A stretch of DNA of 51,160 bases from a virus. A model generated the notes under the pieces. That model made no database searches. It saw nothing but the letters and a program-made list of their open reading frames with translations, and was not told where the DNA came from. Below, piece after piece: positions 43,300 to 51,160 of this stretch. Location: the IMG/VR virus record IMGVR_UViG_3300049218_000313, positions 1-51,160 of that record. One strand, written 5' to 3'. The position numbers and the translations under genes are program-made. Positions within the stretch are counted from its first letter, which is position 1. Each line of letters begins with the position of its first letter.

Positions 43300-43589
43300 T
43301 GGCCCGGCTGGAGGTGGAGACCGCGGAAGGGAGGCGCACGCTGAAGGAGGAGCAGTCCCCGCCTCTCGCTTCGATCTGGAGCCCTGGGCCTCACCCGCAC
43401 TCCCGGGTGGGGCTCAACGTAGGGACCCAGCACAACTTCGGGCAGGTCAAGATCGCCGCCTATGTCGAGTACGAGTGCGACCAGACCGAGGCCAAGGTCA
43501 ACGAGGCCGGTCTGCTATCGTTCCTCAAAGCGCTCGAGTTCGTGAAGGACGGGATGCAGCTCATGCTGTCCGAGGAGAAGAAGACGTGA
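43296..43589 (+). CDS. Hypothetical protein (97 aa)
   Basis: GTGA overlaps at both ends. Confidence 0.65.
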   Translation: MMARLEVETAEGRRTLKEEQSPPLASIWSPGPHPHSRVGLNVGTQHNFGQVKIAAYVEYECDQTEAKVNEAGLLSFLKALEFVKDGMQLMLSEEKKT

Positions 43590-43921
43590 TTCGCGGCAAT
43601 GCCAAGTTCGACAGCATCTCGGTGGGCGAGTTCTCCGGCAGCTTCCTGGGGTCGACGCTGGCCTTCGAGGCAAAAGCGGCCTTCGTGAACTCCAAGACTG
43701 GGGACACCCACGGCTGGACGAAGAACGGACAGTGGTCGCCGCCGGTCATCGAGAAGCTGAAGGAGCTGCGAGCCCTCATGGAGATAGACCTGGGCCGGCT
43801 GCATCTCGAGGGCGGCGGCGAAGTCCTTGTCTCCACCTCCGCAGGCCTTCCCCGCGCCAGCGGTGGTGGCCTCGGGGAGCACTTCAGCGGTGACAGCGGG
43901 GGCTCAACCGAGCAGGTCTGA
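43586..43921 (+). CDS. Hypothetical protein (111 aa)
   Basis: GTGA-coupled start (MIRGNAKFDSISVGEF) with GAGGAG upstream. Confidence 0.65.
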   Translation: MIRGNAKFDSISVGEFSGSFLGSTLAFEAKAAFVNSKTGDTHGWTKNGQWSPPVIEKLKELRALMEIDLGRLHLEGGGEVLVSTSAGLPRASGGGLGEHFSGDSGGSTEQV

Positions 43922-44100
43922 CCACCCCTACATCTTGGGGGTGTTGAGCCGAAACTACTAGAGCTGGCGCCTCGCGCAGGACGTGTTGACGGACCCCCTC
44001 CCGGGGAGTCATGTTGACTGCCCTGCGCGAGGAGCTGGTCGCAACTTCCTTAGCCCCTACGGGTATAAGGCGGCTGCCGTACCAGCACGTCTCTCTGGAG
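43922..44100 (+). ncRNA. Candidate structured RNA or ssDNA element (multi-hairpin) upstream of the replicative helicase
   Basis: Largest intergenic gap in the window. It has three hand-folded hairpins containing G-U pairs, an 11-bp perfect inverted repeat and three TGTTGA repeats. Confidence 0.4.
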
Positions 44101-44105
44101 GAAGA

Positions 44106-45545
44106 ATGTCTCATCAGCTGGCCTTGTGTGCCCGTGTCGTTCGTACCGGGGACATCTCGGTGCCTCTCAAGTTCGGCATCACCGTCGATGACTTCACCGC
44201 GGCAGAAGCAAAGAACTTCTGGACCTTGCTTCTGAACTACTACACCCAGCAGGAAAGCCGCGGCTCGGTACTCGGAGAGGGAACGCTCCACACCTGGTTC
44301 AAGCAGCTCAAGCTACAGGACGACATGCCGGGGTCGACCTTCGAGACCCTCTGCTACGAAGTCCGTCGCGCACGCATCGTGACCGAGGCCAACAACGCGG
44401 TCGTGCGCTTCTCAGAGGCCGTCAACATCCCAGCATGCAACCCGACCGCAGACATGGCTGCGCTGGTCGCCAAGGTGAACAACCTCATCTCGTTGGGCAC
44501 GACGGCCAATACGGACGTCTCGCTCAGAACGGGACTCGACAACATCAAGCGCAAGCTCGACCTGGCCAAGCAAGGTGTGCGGACCGCGAAGCTGGACTGG
44601 CCATGGAAACCGCTGCAGGACGCCACCTTCGGCATTCAACCCGACGACTACATCGTCTTCTATGGCCGCCCCAAGTCGATGAAGACGTGGGTGCTCTGCT
44701 ACCTGTTGTCGTGGGCCTTCGAGAACGAGAAGAAGCTCGTCGTCTACACGAAGGAGATGACCCCGGACAACGTGTACATGCGCACCCTCGCGTGCATCCT
44801 GCGGTTCTACTACGAGGAGCTGCGCGCGGCGTCGAGCGACACCGAAAGACCACTAAGCCCCGCGAACGAAGAGCAGTTCTACCAGCTCATCGCGTACATC
44901 CAGACCTGGGGACTGGACAGTCTGATCACGGTGCTGAGCGGCAAGGACGTCCCTGCCGGTGGCGACACCGTCGCGTGGCTGGGCAGCAAGATCGAGCAGT
45001 ACAAGCCAGACCTTTGTTTCATCGACGGGCTGTACCTGCTGAGCGACCCGCACAAGGAGGACCACGCCCGCGTCAGGAGCATCTCGCGCGATGTGCGTCA
45101 AATGAACCTGGCCACGGGGGTCCCCGTCATTGCCACGCTGCAGGCCAATCGCAAGGCCGCGGGCCATAGTGACGCCAATCTGGACGAGATCGCGTACTCG
45201 GACGCCATCGGGCAGGACGCCACCATCGCAGCCCGCGTCATCAACGACAAGACATCGCCCACCATCAGCATCGTCCTGGCGGGCAGTCGGGAGTTCAAGC
45301 TGCACGGCCTACGCATCAACGCCATCCCGGCCAAGGACTTCACGTTCCACTCGGAGCTGACGGAGAAGGACATCCAGAAGGCGAAAGAAGCCGACCAGAC
45401 CGATGTCGAGAAGAAGGACGAACTGCGGTCTTCCGAGGGCAAGAAGAACAAGAGCCAGAAGACCATCGAGGCCGGCACGGATACTGACCACGTCAGGGCG
45501 ATGGTCTCTGTCGCGAGGGAGATAGCGGAGGGCACGCTTCCGTGA
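44106..45545 (+). CDS. dnaB: DnaB-like (SF4) replicative helicase
   Basis: Walker A variant GRPKSMKT, TKEM, FIDGLYL, VIATLQANR and IAYSDAIGQDA; SD GGAGG before ATG 44106. Confidence 0.85.
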   Translation: MSHQLALCARVVRTGDISVPLKFGITVDDFTAAEAKNFWTLLLNYYTQQESRGSVLGEGTLHTWFKQLKLQDDMPGSTFETLCYEVRRARIVTEANNAVVRFSEAVNIPACNPTADMAALVAKVNNLISLGTTANTDVSLRTGLDNIKRKLDLAKQGVRTAKLDWPWKPLQDATFGIQPDDYIVFYGRPKSMKTWVLCYLLSWAFENEKKLVVYTKEMTPDNVYMRTLACILRFYYEELRAASSDTERPLSPANEEQFYQLIAYIQTWGLDSLITVLSGKDVPAGGDTVAWLGSKIEQYKPDLCFIDGLYLLSDPHKEDHARVRSISRDVRQMNLATGVPVIATLQANRKAAGHSDANLDEIAYSDAIGQDATIAARVINDKTSPTISIVLAGSREFKLHGLRINAIPAKDFTFHSELTEKDIQKAKEADQTDVEKKDELRSSEGKKNKSQKTIEAGTDTDHVRAMVSVAREIAEGTLP

Positions 45546-46537
45546 GCGACGAGATCAAGCAGATTGCGCAGACCTACCTGCGCAAGGTGAAGCCATCCGG
45601 CAACGAAGACGTGATGGCCATCTGCCCGTTCCACTCGAAGTCGGACGGCACGGAGGAAAGGAACCCCTCCTTCGCGATGAACGTCTACAGCGGGCTCTGG
45701 TACTGCCACTCGTGCCACGCCCGCGGCAACCTGTACTCCTTCCTGCGCAACGTCGGGCTGCCCAGGGCGGACATCGAGTTCTACTACAAGGGGGTACTCG
45801 AGGAGGCGGCACAGTACGCGCCGAAACCACCGAACCCGCTCGACCCAGTCCAGGCCACCAAGGAACCGCTCGAGGAGTCCCTTCTAGGACTGTTCGACTT
45901 CTGCCCCAAGCTACTGCTCGACGAGGGCTACCCGGAGGAACTGCTGCGGCAGTTCGACGTGGGCTACGATGAGAAGCACCAGCGCATCACCTTCCCTCTA
46001 CGCAACATTGAGGGAGCGCTGGTGGGCTTGAGCGGGCGCACGGTGACCGGCGCATTCCCTCGGTACAAGATCTACGACAAGGAGTACCTCGACTTCGGTC
46101 TGCCGGAGCGTAAGACCGAGAAGCGCGCGCTACTCTGGAACGCGCACCGAGTCCTCGTGCAGCACACTTTCCACCCCGACCCCGACGAGCAGTACGTGGT
46201 CATCACGGAGGGCTTCAAGGCGGTCATGCGGGTCGCGCAGGCCGGCATCAACAACGTCGTCGGGCTTCTAGGCTCTTACATGTCCCAGGAGCAGCAGTGG
46301 GTCATCGAGCGCCTCATGGACGGACCCATCTTCATGATGCTCGACAACAACGATGCCGGGCGTCTCGGTCAGCTTGACGCCACCAAGCGCCTGATGAAAA
46401 CAGTACCGAACGTCTGGGTCGTAGACTACGATGCTGCGCAGCCCAGCGAGCTATCTACTACGGCCATTCAAGAAGCACTTCTCGCAGCAAAGCCAGCGCT
46501 CACCTGGCTCACACATCAAGCAGCCGCCGCATACTGA
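45542..46537 (+). CDS. dnaG: DnaG-like primase (CHC2 zinc finger plus TOPRIM)
   Basis: CPFH..NPSF..WYCHSC, RITFPLRN..G.LVG.SGR, ITEG and LDNNDAG. Confidence 0.9.
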   Translation: MSDEIKQIAQTYLRKVKPSGNEDVMAICPFHSKSDGTEERNPSFAMNVYSGLWYCHSCHARGNLYSFLRNVGLPRADIEFYYKGVLEEAAQYAPKPPNPLDPVQATKEPLEESLLGLFDFCPKLLLDEGYPEELLRQFDVGYDEKHQRITFPLRNIEGALVGLSGRTVTGAFPRYKIYDKEYLDFGLPERKTEKRALLWNAHRVLVQHTFHPDPDEQYVVITEGFKAVMRVAQAGINNVVGLLGSYMSQEQQWVIERLMDGPIFMMLDNNDAGRLGQLDATKRLMKTVPNVWVVDYDAAQPSELSTTAIQEALLAAKPALTWLTHQAAAAY

Positions 46538-46551
46538 AAGGTACAGCCACC

Positions 46552-47733
46552 ATGGCCTATGGAAAGAATCCCGCAGCACTCGGTCTCGTCGCCTCCTTCC
46601 GCCAGATGAGCGGAGAAGCCACCCGCAACGGCGGGGGCAAGCGCGTCAAGGGGAACATCCCCTACTTCGTCGACATGTACCAGCCTAGTCTCGGCGAGAT
46701 CGACACGGTCCGTCTGATCCCCGGCAACTACCTGCAGGACCAGCTCGTCGGTGAGGGCGACGCCGTGCAATCCATTGCAGTGGAACGCCCCTTCATCAAG
46801 TTCGTCGAGCACTTCCACGGCGGCAAGCAGCGCGGGTGCATCTGCAGCGCCGGCGCGTTCGCGAACTTCAAGGACAAACGCGGCGCCTGCCACGGATGCG
46901 ACATCTTCTGGGAAACCGTGATCCGCACACCAGAAGGCAAGCTGCAGTCGCCCATCATCAGCCGCCAGAACAAGTACGCGTTCTCGGTCTTCGACTACGG
47001 CGTCTACCACAAGATGGAGCAGATCGACCGCCAGACGGGGCAGGTGAGGACCAGCTCCGTCACCAAGGAGGCCTACTTCAACTGGACGAAGTGCCTCGGA
47101 CAGGGCTGCGACGCCTGCCGCGCCGGCAAGGAGTCGAAGACCGGCGACATGCGCCACTGGCCGATGAACTACACCCAGTTCCAAGTGCTGCGCGACACCG
47201 AGATCCACATCGGCAAGTCCTGCGCCACCTGCAGCACCGAGAACTCCATCGTCAGTCTCGGCTGGATGTGCCAGCACTGCGGTGAGTGCGCCATCGACAT
47301 GGGCTCGACGGCGCTCAAGAACGACGAGCTGCTGCAGATCACCGACAACCGCTACCTCTGCGCTTCCTGCGGCGAGAGCGGGTTTCTGACGGAGGTCTAC
47401 GAGTGCCACTCGTGCGCCCCGCGTGGGCAGACGGGTGTTCGTGCCTCTCTCTTCGACGTCGACCTGCGCGTGAAGCTCATCGTCGCCGGGGGAAACAACA
47501 ACAAGTCACTGCAGGTGATGGGCTGGTCTGCGCCGCATCCCATCAATCCCGCTCTCGCCGAAGTCGCCAAGCCGGTCGACCTCGTCGCTCGCTACGCCCC
47601 CGACTTCCTCGAGTCGCAGGCCTCCAAGTTCGGCATCACCACGGGCGGCCCCCAGCGCAGCCCCGTTACGAGCACCAGCCAGCCGGCTGCTGCTACGGCC
47701 TATTCGAACCCGTACGGGCCGAAGACGGCGTAG
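46552..47733 (+). CDS. Putative gp32-like single-stranded DNA-binding protein with extra Zn ribbons
   Basis: VRLIPG...PFIKFVEHF...CICS...CHGC resembles the gp32-type N-terminus. It lies between primase and polymerase, has strong codon bias and its own terminator. Confidence 0.55.
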   Translation: MAYGKNPAALGLVASFRQMSGEATRNGGGKRVKGNIPYFVDMYQPSLGEIDTVRLIPGNYLQDQLVGEGDAVQSIAVERPFIKFVEHFHGGKQRGCICSAGAFANFKDKRGACHGCDIFWETVIRTPEGKLQSPIISRQNKYAFSVFDYGVYHKMEQIDRQTGQVRTSSVTKEAYFNWTKCLGQGCDACRAGKESKTGDMRHWPMNYTQFQVLRDTEIHIGKSCATCSTENSIVSLGWMCQHCGECAIDMGSTALKNDELLQITDNRYLCASCGESGFLTEVYECHSCAPRGQTGVRASLFDVDLRVKLIVAGGNNNKSLQVMGWSAPHPINPALAEVAKPVDLVARYAPDFLESQASKFGITTGGPQRSPVTSTSQPAAATAYSNPYGPKTA

Positions 47734-47745
47734 TCTCGTCAGAAC

Positions 47746-47783
47746 AAAGCCCCGCCCTCTCATAGAGGGCGGGGCTTTCTTTC
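47746..47783 (+). terminator. Rho-independent terminator
   Basis: AAAGCCCCGCCCTCT-CAT-AGAGGGCGGGGCTTT followed by CTTTC. Confidence 0.85.
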
Positions 47784-47795
47784 GTGGAGGAACTG

Positions 47796-49841
47796 ATGGG
47801 TTGGAACATCCGTCTGCCGGATGCTGATTGGTACACGCCCAAGGACCCGCGACTCGCAAACCTCGTCGAGGAAGTGCGCGATCAGGACGTCGTCGCCATC
47901 GATACCGAAACCACAGGCCTGAAGGTCTGGAAAGACACTGTTCTGTTCTGGTCCATGGCCTGGGGAGACCACCGACGCGTCTGCATGCCGGCCAGCACGC
48001 TGCGCTACTTCCACGAGTCCTTCGCTGACTCCACCAAGCGCTGGGTGATGACCAACGCGAAGTTCGACATGCACATGCTGGCGAACATGGGCATCGAGCT
48101 CGCGGGTGACTGCATCGACGTCGCGGTGATGCACTCGCTGCTCTACGAGAACGAGAGCCACGCCCTCAAGGACATGGCAAACAAGGTCCTCGGCTGGCGC
48201 TGGACGGACTTCTTCGACACGTTCAAGCCCCTCATGGTGCCCGACAACACCAAGGCGCCAAAGCTGCTCAAGAGTGGCGTCTTCAACCAGCCTACGCGCA
48301 GGGAGACCATCCAGGAGATGCTCATGCGCTGCTACCGCGAAGACCTGCCGAAGCTGGTCGACTACACCTCGAACGACGCATACGGGACTCTGCGCATCTA
48401 CGAGAAGCTCAAGAAGGAGCTCGAGGACAACGTCACCCACTCGCTCTACCCGCAGTGGCTGCCGACGATGGCGCACCTGTTCTTCCTGACGGAGGCGCCG
48501 TTCACCAAGGTCCTCTGGAAGTGCGAGCGCAACGGCGTCTTTGTGAACCGCAAGTACCTGCAAGACCTGCGGGTGCCCATGTGGGAAGAAGTCGAGCAGC
48601 TCCGTCGCCAGGAGGTTCAGATCACCGGCAACGCAGGCTTCAACTCCAACTCGCCCCCGCAGCTACGCGCCTACTTCATCGACAAGCTAGGTCTGCGCCC
48701 CTTGATGTACACCTCGGGCGGCAAGAGCGGAGTGAAGGAGCCCTCCATCGACAAGGGGTTCCTCGAGCACTACGAGGACGAAGTCCCGCTCTGCAGCGTC
48801 ATTCTGCGCAAGCGTAAGCTCGAGAAGCTCATCGGCACGTACATCGACGGCGCGGACGAGCACCTCGACAGCGGCGGTCGCATCCACACGCGGTTCAACC
48901 AAGACGTGGCGCGCACCGGGCGCCTATCCTCGAGCGACCCGAACCTGCAGAACATCCCCACCCCCGAGAAGGACAAGTTCCAGTTGCGTGGCGCCTTCCA
49001 GGCCACGAAGGGCAATGTCCTCATCGTCGGTGACTACGCGCAACTCGAGATGCGTCTACTCGCGTGCGCGACCGTGACACCCGAGAACCCCGAGGGCGCC
49101 AAGGAGATGATTCAGATCTTCCTGGACGGCAAGGACATCCACATGGGCAACGCCGCGATGGTGTATGGGCCCATCATCAAGCGCCAGCACGGCTGGGACC
49201 TCACCTACGAGTTCCTCAAGGAGGCGAAGAAGATCGACAGCCAGGTGAAGGAAGGCAAGCTGCCCGCCTCAGCACGCACCGAGCGCGTTGCCCTCGCCCT
49301 GGAGAAGCGCAACCACATCAAGTCAGTCGGCTTCGGCCTGAACTACGGGATGAAGGAGAACAAGCTCGCTCGGCAGCTGGGCATCTCCAAGGAGGAGGCC
49401 AAGGCCATCATCGAGGCCTACCTCGGCACGTACCCGGCGGTCTCCGCGTTCTACGAGTCAGCCATCACCGAGACACAGCAGACAGGCTACTCCTTCACGC
49501 TTCTCGGCCGCCGGCGCTTCCATCCGGGCATCGCGAGCCCCAACCCCCTCGACCGCTGGGGCGAGGAGCGCAAGGCCGTGAACAACCAGATTCAGGGCAC
49601 AGCTGCCGACGCCGTACGCCTGGCCATGATCAACTGCGACAAGGCCAACCTCGAGGCGAAGTACGGCTGCAAGATGCTCCTGCAGATCCACGACGAGCTG
49701 ATGTTCGAGTGCCCGGCGGAAACCGCCGAGGCTGCGAAGGCAGAGATTGAACAGATCATGCGGCACCCGTTTCCTACAGACCTCATCGTCCCGCTGGACG
49801 TGAGCATCGGCATCGGGTCCGCCTGGAACACGGCGAAGTGA
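47796..49841 (+). CDS. polA: Family A DNA polymerase (3'-5' exonuclease plus polymerase; no 5'-3' exonuclease)
   Basis: ExoI DTETTG, NAKFD, RTGRLSSSDPNLQNIP, motif A DYAQLEMR, motif B KSVGFGLNYG, NNQIQGTAAD, motif C QIHDEL. Confidence 0.95.
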   Translation: MGWNIRLPDADWYTPKDPRLANLVEEVRDQDVVAIDTETTGLKVWKDTVLFWSMAWGDHRRVCMPASTLRYFHESFADSTKRWVMTNAKFDMHMLANMGIELAGDCIDVAVMHSLLYENESHALKDMANKVLGWRWTDFFDTFKPLMVPDNTKAPKLLKSGVFNQPTRRETIQEMLMRCYREDLPKLVDYTSNDAYGTLRIYEKLKKELEDNVTHSLYPQWLPTMAHLFFLTEAPFTKVLWKCERNGVFVNRKYLQDLRVPMWEEVEQLRRQEVQITGNAGFNSNSPPQLRAYFIDKLGLRPLMYTSGGKSGVKEPSIDKGFLEHYEDEVPLCSVILRKRKLEKLIGTYIDGADEHLDSGGRIHTRFNQDVARTGRLSSSDPNLQNIPTPEKDKFQLRGAFQATKGNVLIVGDYAQLEMRLLACATVTPENPEGAKEMIQIFLDGKDIHMGNAAMVYGPIIKRQHGWDLTYEFLKEAKKIDSQVKEGKLPASARTERVALALEKRNHIKSVGFGLNYGMKENKLARQLGISKEEAKAIIEAYLGTYPAVSAFYESAITETQQTGYSFTLLGRRRFHPGIASPNPLDRWGEERKAVNNQIQGTAADAVRLAMINCDKANLEAKYGCKMLLQIHDELMFECPAETAEAAKAEIEQIMRHPFPTDLIVPLDVSIGIGSAWNTAK

Positions 49842-49860
49842 ACAAGGAGCTCGGACTCAG

Positions 49861-50328
49861 GTGACCGCGATCATCGTCAAGGCGCGGCTGGACCGGCAAG
49901 TCGCGGAGCTTCTCGGGAAGAAGCCACGCGAGGTCTCTGCCATCACCGCGACCTTCTTACACGAAACCATCCGCGCACTGGTATCAGGCGGGCGCGTACA
50001 GCTCGACAATCTCGGTGAGCTGTACGTCACCGTGCGCAGCGGCGTGCTTCACAGAACGACCTTCCGTGGAAAGAAGTCCGTGCAGGCTGTTCCGGCGAAG
50101 TACTATGTGAGCTTCAAGAAGGCGGCGAAGCTCCGCGAGGAGCTCAGGCTGCGCTTCCACAAGGAGAACATCATGGAGAAGTACGGAGTCGACGAGGGCA
50201 CAGATCAGGAGAACCTCGAGAAGAAGGCCGCGGCGGGCTGCCCGGTGTGCGGCAAGAAGCCCGTTCGCCACGGGGGCATCCTGATGTGCCCCGACCATGG
50301 AAGCGAGCCATTCGAGCAGAAGAAGTAG
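49861..50328 (+). CDS. HU/IHF-like DNA-binding protein with in-frame C-terminal Zn-ribbon module
   Basis: HU pattern (KARL..QVAE..G...VQLDNLGEL.V..R....PAKYYVSFK.A.KLRE), then MEKYG...CPVC..CPDH, which has its own SD before 50173. Confidence 0.75.
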   Translation: MTAIIVKARLDRQVAELLGKKPREVSAITATFLHETIRALVSGGRVQLDNLGELYVTVRSGVLHRTTFRGKKSVQAVPAKYYVSFKKAAKLREELRLRFHKENIMEKYGVDEGTDQENLEKKAAAGCPVCGKKPVRHGGILMCPDHGSEPFEQKK

Positions 50329-50349
50329 TCCAACCACAGGAGTCACAGC

Positions 50350-51160
50350 ATGCCGCGGATGCCCGTCACCGAGATCAGCAAGAAGATGGCCGCCCTCGAG
50401 GCCAAGCTGAACAAGAAGCCCGAAACGAAGGGAGGTCGTGTCATGGCAGACATCGACCACTCTCCGAACACCTACTTCCTGCGCAGGCCTAGCGGCATCA
50501 TGTCGCTCGACGTGCACACCGGTGGCGGGCTACCCGCGGGTGGCCTGACGTACCTGTCGGGGCCCGACGGCGCCGGCAAGACGTTCCTGCTCTACAAGTA
50601 CTTCGCGATGAACCAGCGCCTGTACGGCCCCAAGTCGTGCATCGCGCTGGGCGCTACAGAAGCCGCGCCCGACCACTTCTTCATGCGCAAGTGCGGCATG
50701 CAGATCGCCATCCCCGAGGAGATGATCGACGAGCGCGTGCAGGAGCTGAAGATTCGTGGCTTGCCCCCGTACACCAAGGAGCAGCTGAAGGACTTCCGCT
50801 CGGCCACGATGGGCCACGTGAAAGTCGTGCTCGGGGGCACAGGCGAGGAGGTCCTCGACGGCCTGCTCGATTGCTTCCAGAGCAAGGCGTTCGACATCAT
50901 TGGCCTCGACTCGGTCTCGGCGTGCTTGCCGGCAGCGGACAAGCAGAAGGACCTCGACGAGAACGCCAAGCGTGCCGCGGCCGCGGGTCTGCTCACGAAG
51001 TTCTTCCAGCACTACCTCAATGGCACGACGGGCTACTACGGCAACAACCCGACGACGGTCATCTTCACGTCGCAGGTACGTGCCAATCCCGATAAGAACA
51101 AGCCGGGACCTGCCGCCATGTGGGCGCGTGAGTACGCCGCCGTCGGCGCGTGGGCGGCCA
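50350..51160 (+). CDS. recA: RecA/UvsX-like recombinase, partial (runs off the right edge; not in the ORF track)
   Basis: Hand translation: PSGIMSLDVHTGGGLPAGG, Walker A GPDGAGKT, TGEEVL, Walker B IIGLDSVSA, VIFTSQVR; SD AGGAG. Confidence 0.9.
   Translation, partial: MPRMPVTEISKKMAALEAKLNKKPETKGGRVMADIDHSPNTYFLRRPSGIMSLDVHTGGGLPAGGLTYLSGPDGAGKTFLLYKYFAMNQRLYGPKSCIALGATEAAPDHFFMRKCGMQIAIPEEMIDERVQELKIRGLPPYTKEQLKDFRSATMGHVKVVLGGTGEEVLDGLLDCFQSKAFDIIGLDSVSACLPAADKQKDLDENAKRAAAAGLLTKFFQHYLNGTTGYYGNNPTTVIFTSQVRANPDKNKPGPAAMWAREYAAVGAWAA

Noticed and set aside
43915-43960. CTGACCA...stem...CGAAAC resembling a hammerhead ribozyme core
   Set aside because: The core requires CUGANGA but the sequence has CUGACCA, and stems I and III could not be formed convincingly.
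1-51160. CRISPR array, tRNA/rRNA genes, stop-codon reassignment, integrase/att site
   Set aside because: No regularly spaced repeats, cloverleafs or recombinase motifs were seen by eye. TAG and TGA both end genes at tight junctions, and the long genes are uninterrupted in the standard code.

Overview
A GC-rich 51 kb segment of a large tailed double-stranded DNA phage, probably a myovirus given its baseplate spike gene. No cellular housekeeping context, rRNA, tRNA or CRISPR array was seen. Minus-strand blocks (1-28.7 kb and 33.5-38.9 kb) hold the virion and packaging genes: portal, intein-split terminase large subunit, intein-split prohead protease, scaffold or inner-head proteins, major capsid protein, a neck candidate and a baseplate spike. 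At the head of the left block is a 2146-aa single-chain beta-beta' RNA polymerase. Plus-strand blocks (28.8-33.4 kb and 39.0-51.2 kb) hold early and replication genes: a MoxR AAA+/vWA-metallopeptidase pair, SF2 helicase, family-4 UDG, DnaB-like helicase, DnaG-like primase, SSB candidate, family-A DNA polymerase, HU-like protein and RecA. Four signals stand out. (1) A K-x-[A/G]-[S/A/E/G] motif recurs densely in head proteins; it is proposed as the prohead-protease cleavage code and brackets Gly-rich, amphipathic and Cys-rich peptide cassettes. (2) The fused RNAP lacks the beta' N-terminal Zn ribbon and has a substituted rifampicin pocket. (3) A GG[CGT]ATAAG[GA] motif sits upstream of four transcription units and is a candidate promoter for that RNAP. 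(4) A ~180-nt multi-hairpin intergenic element precedes the replicative helicase. All protein assignments come from motif recognition by eye; no searches were run.
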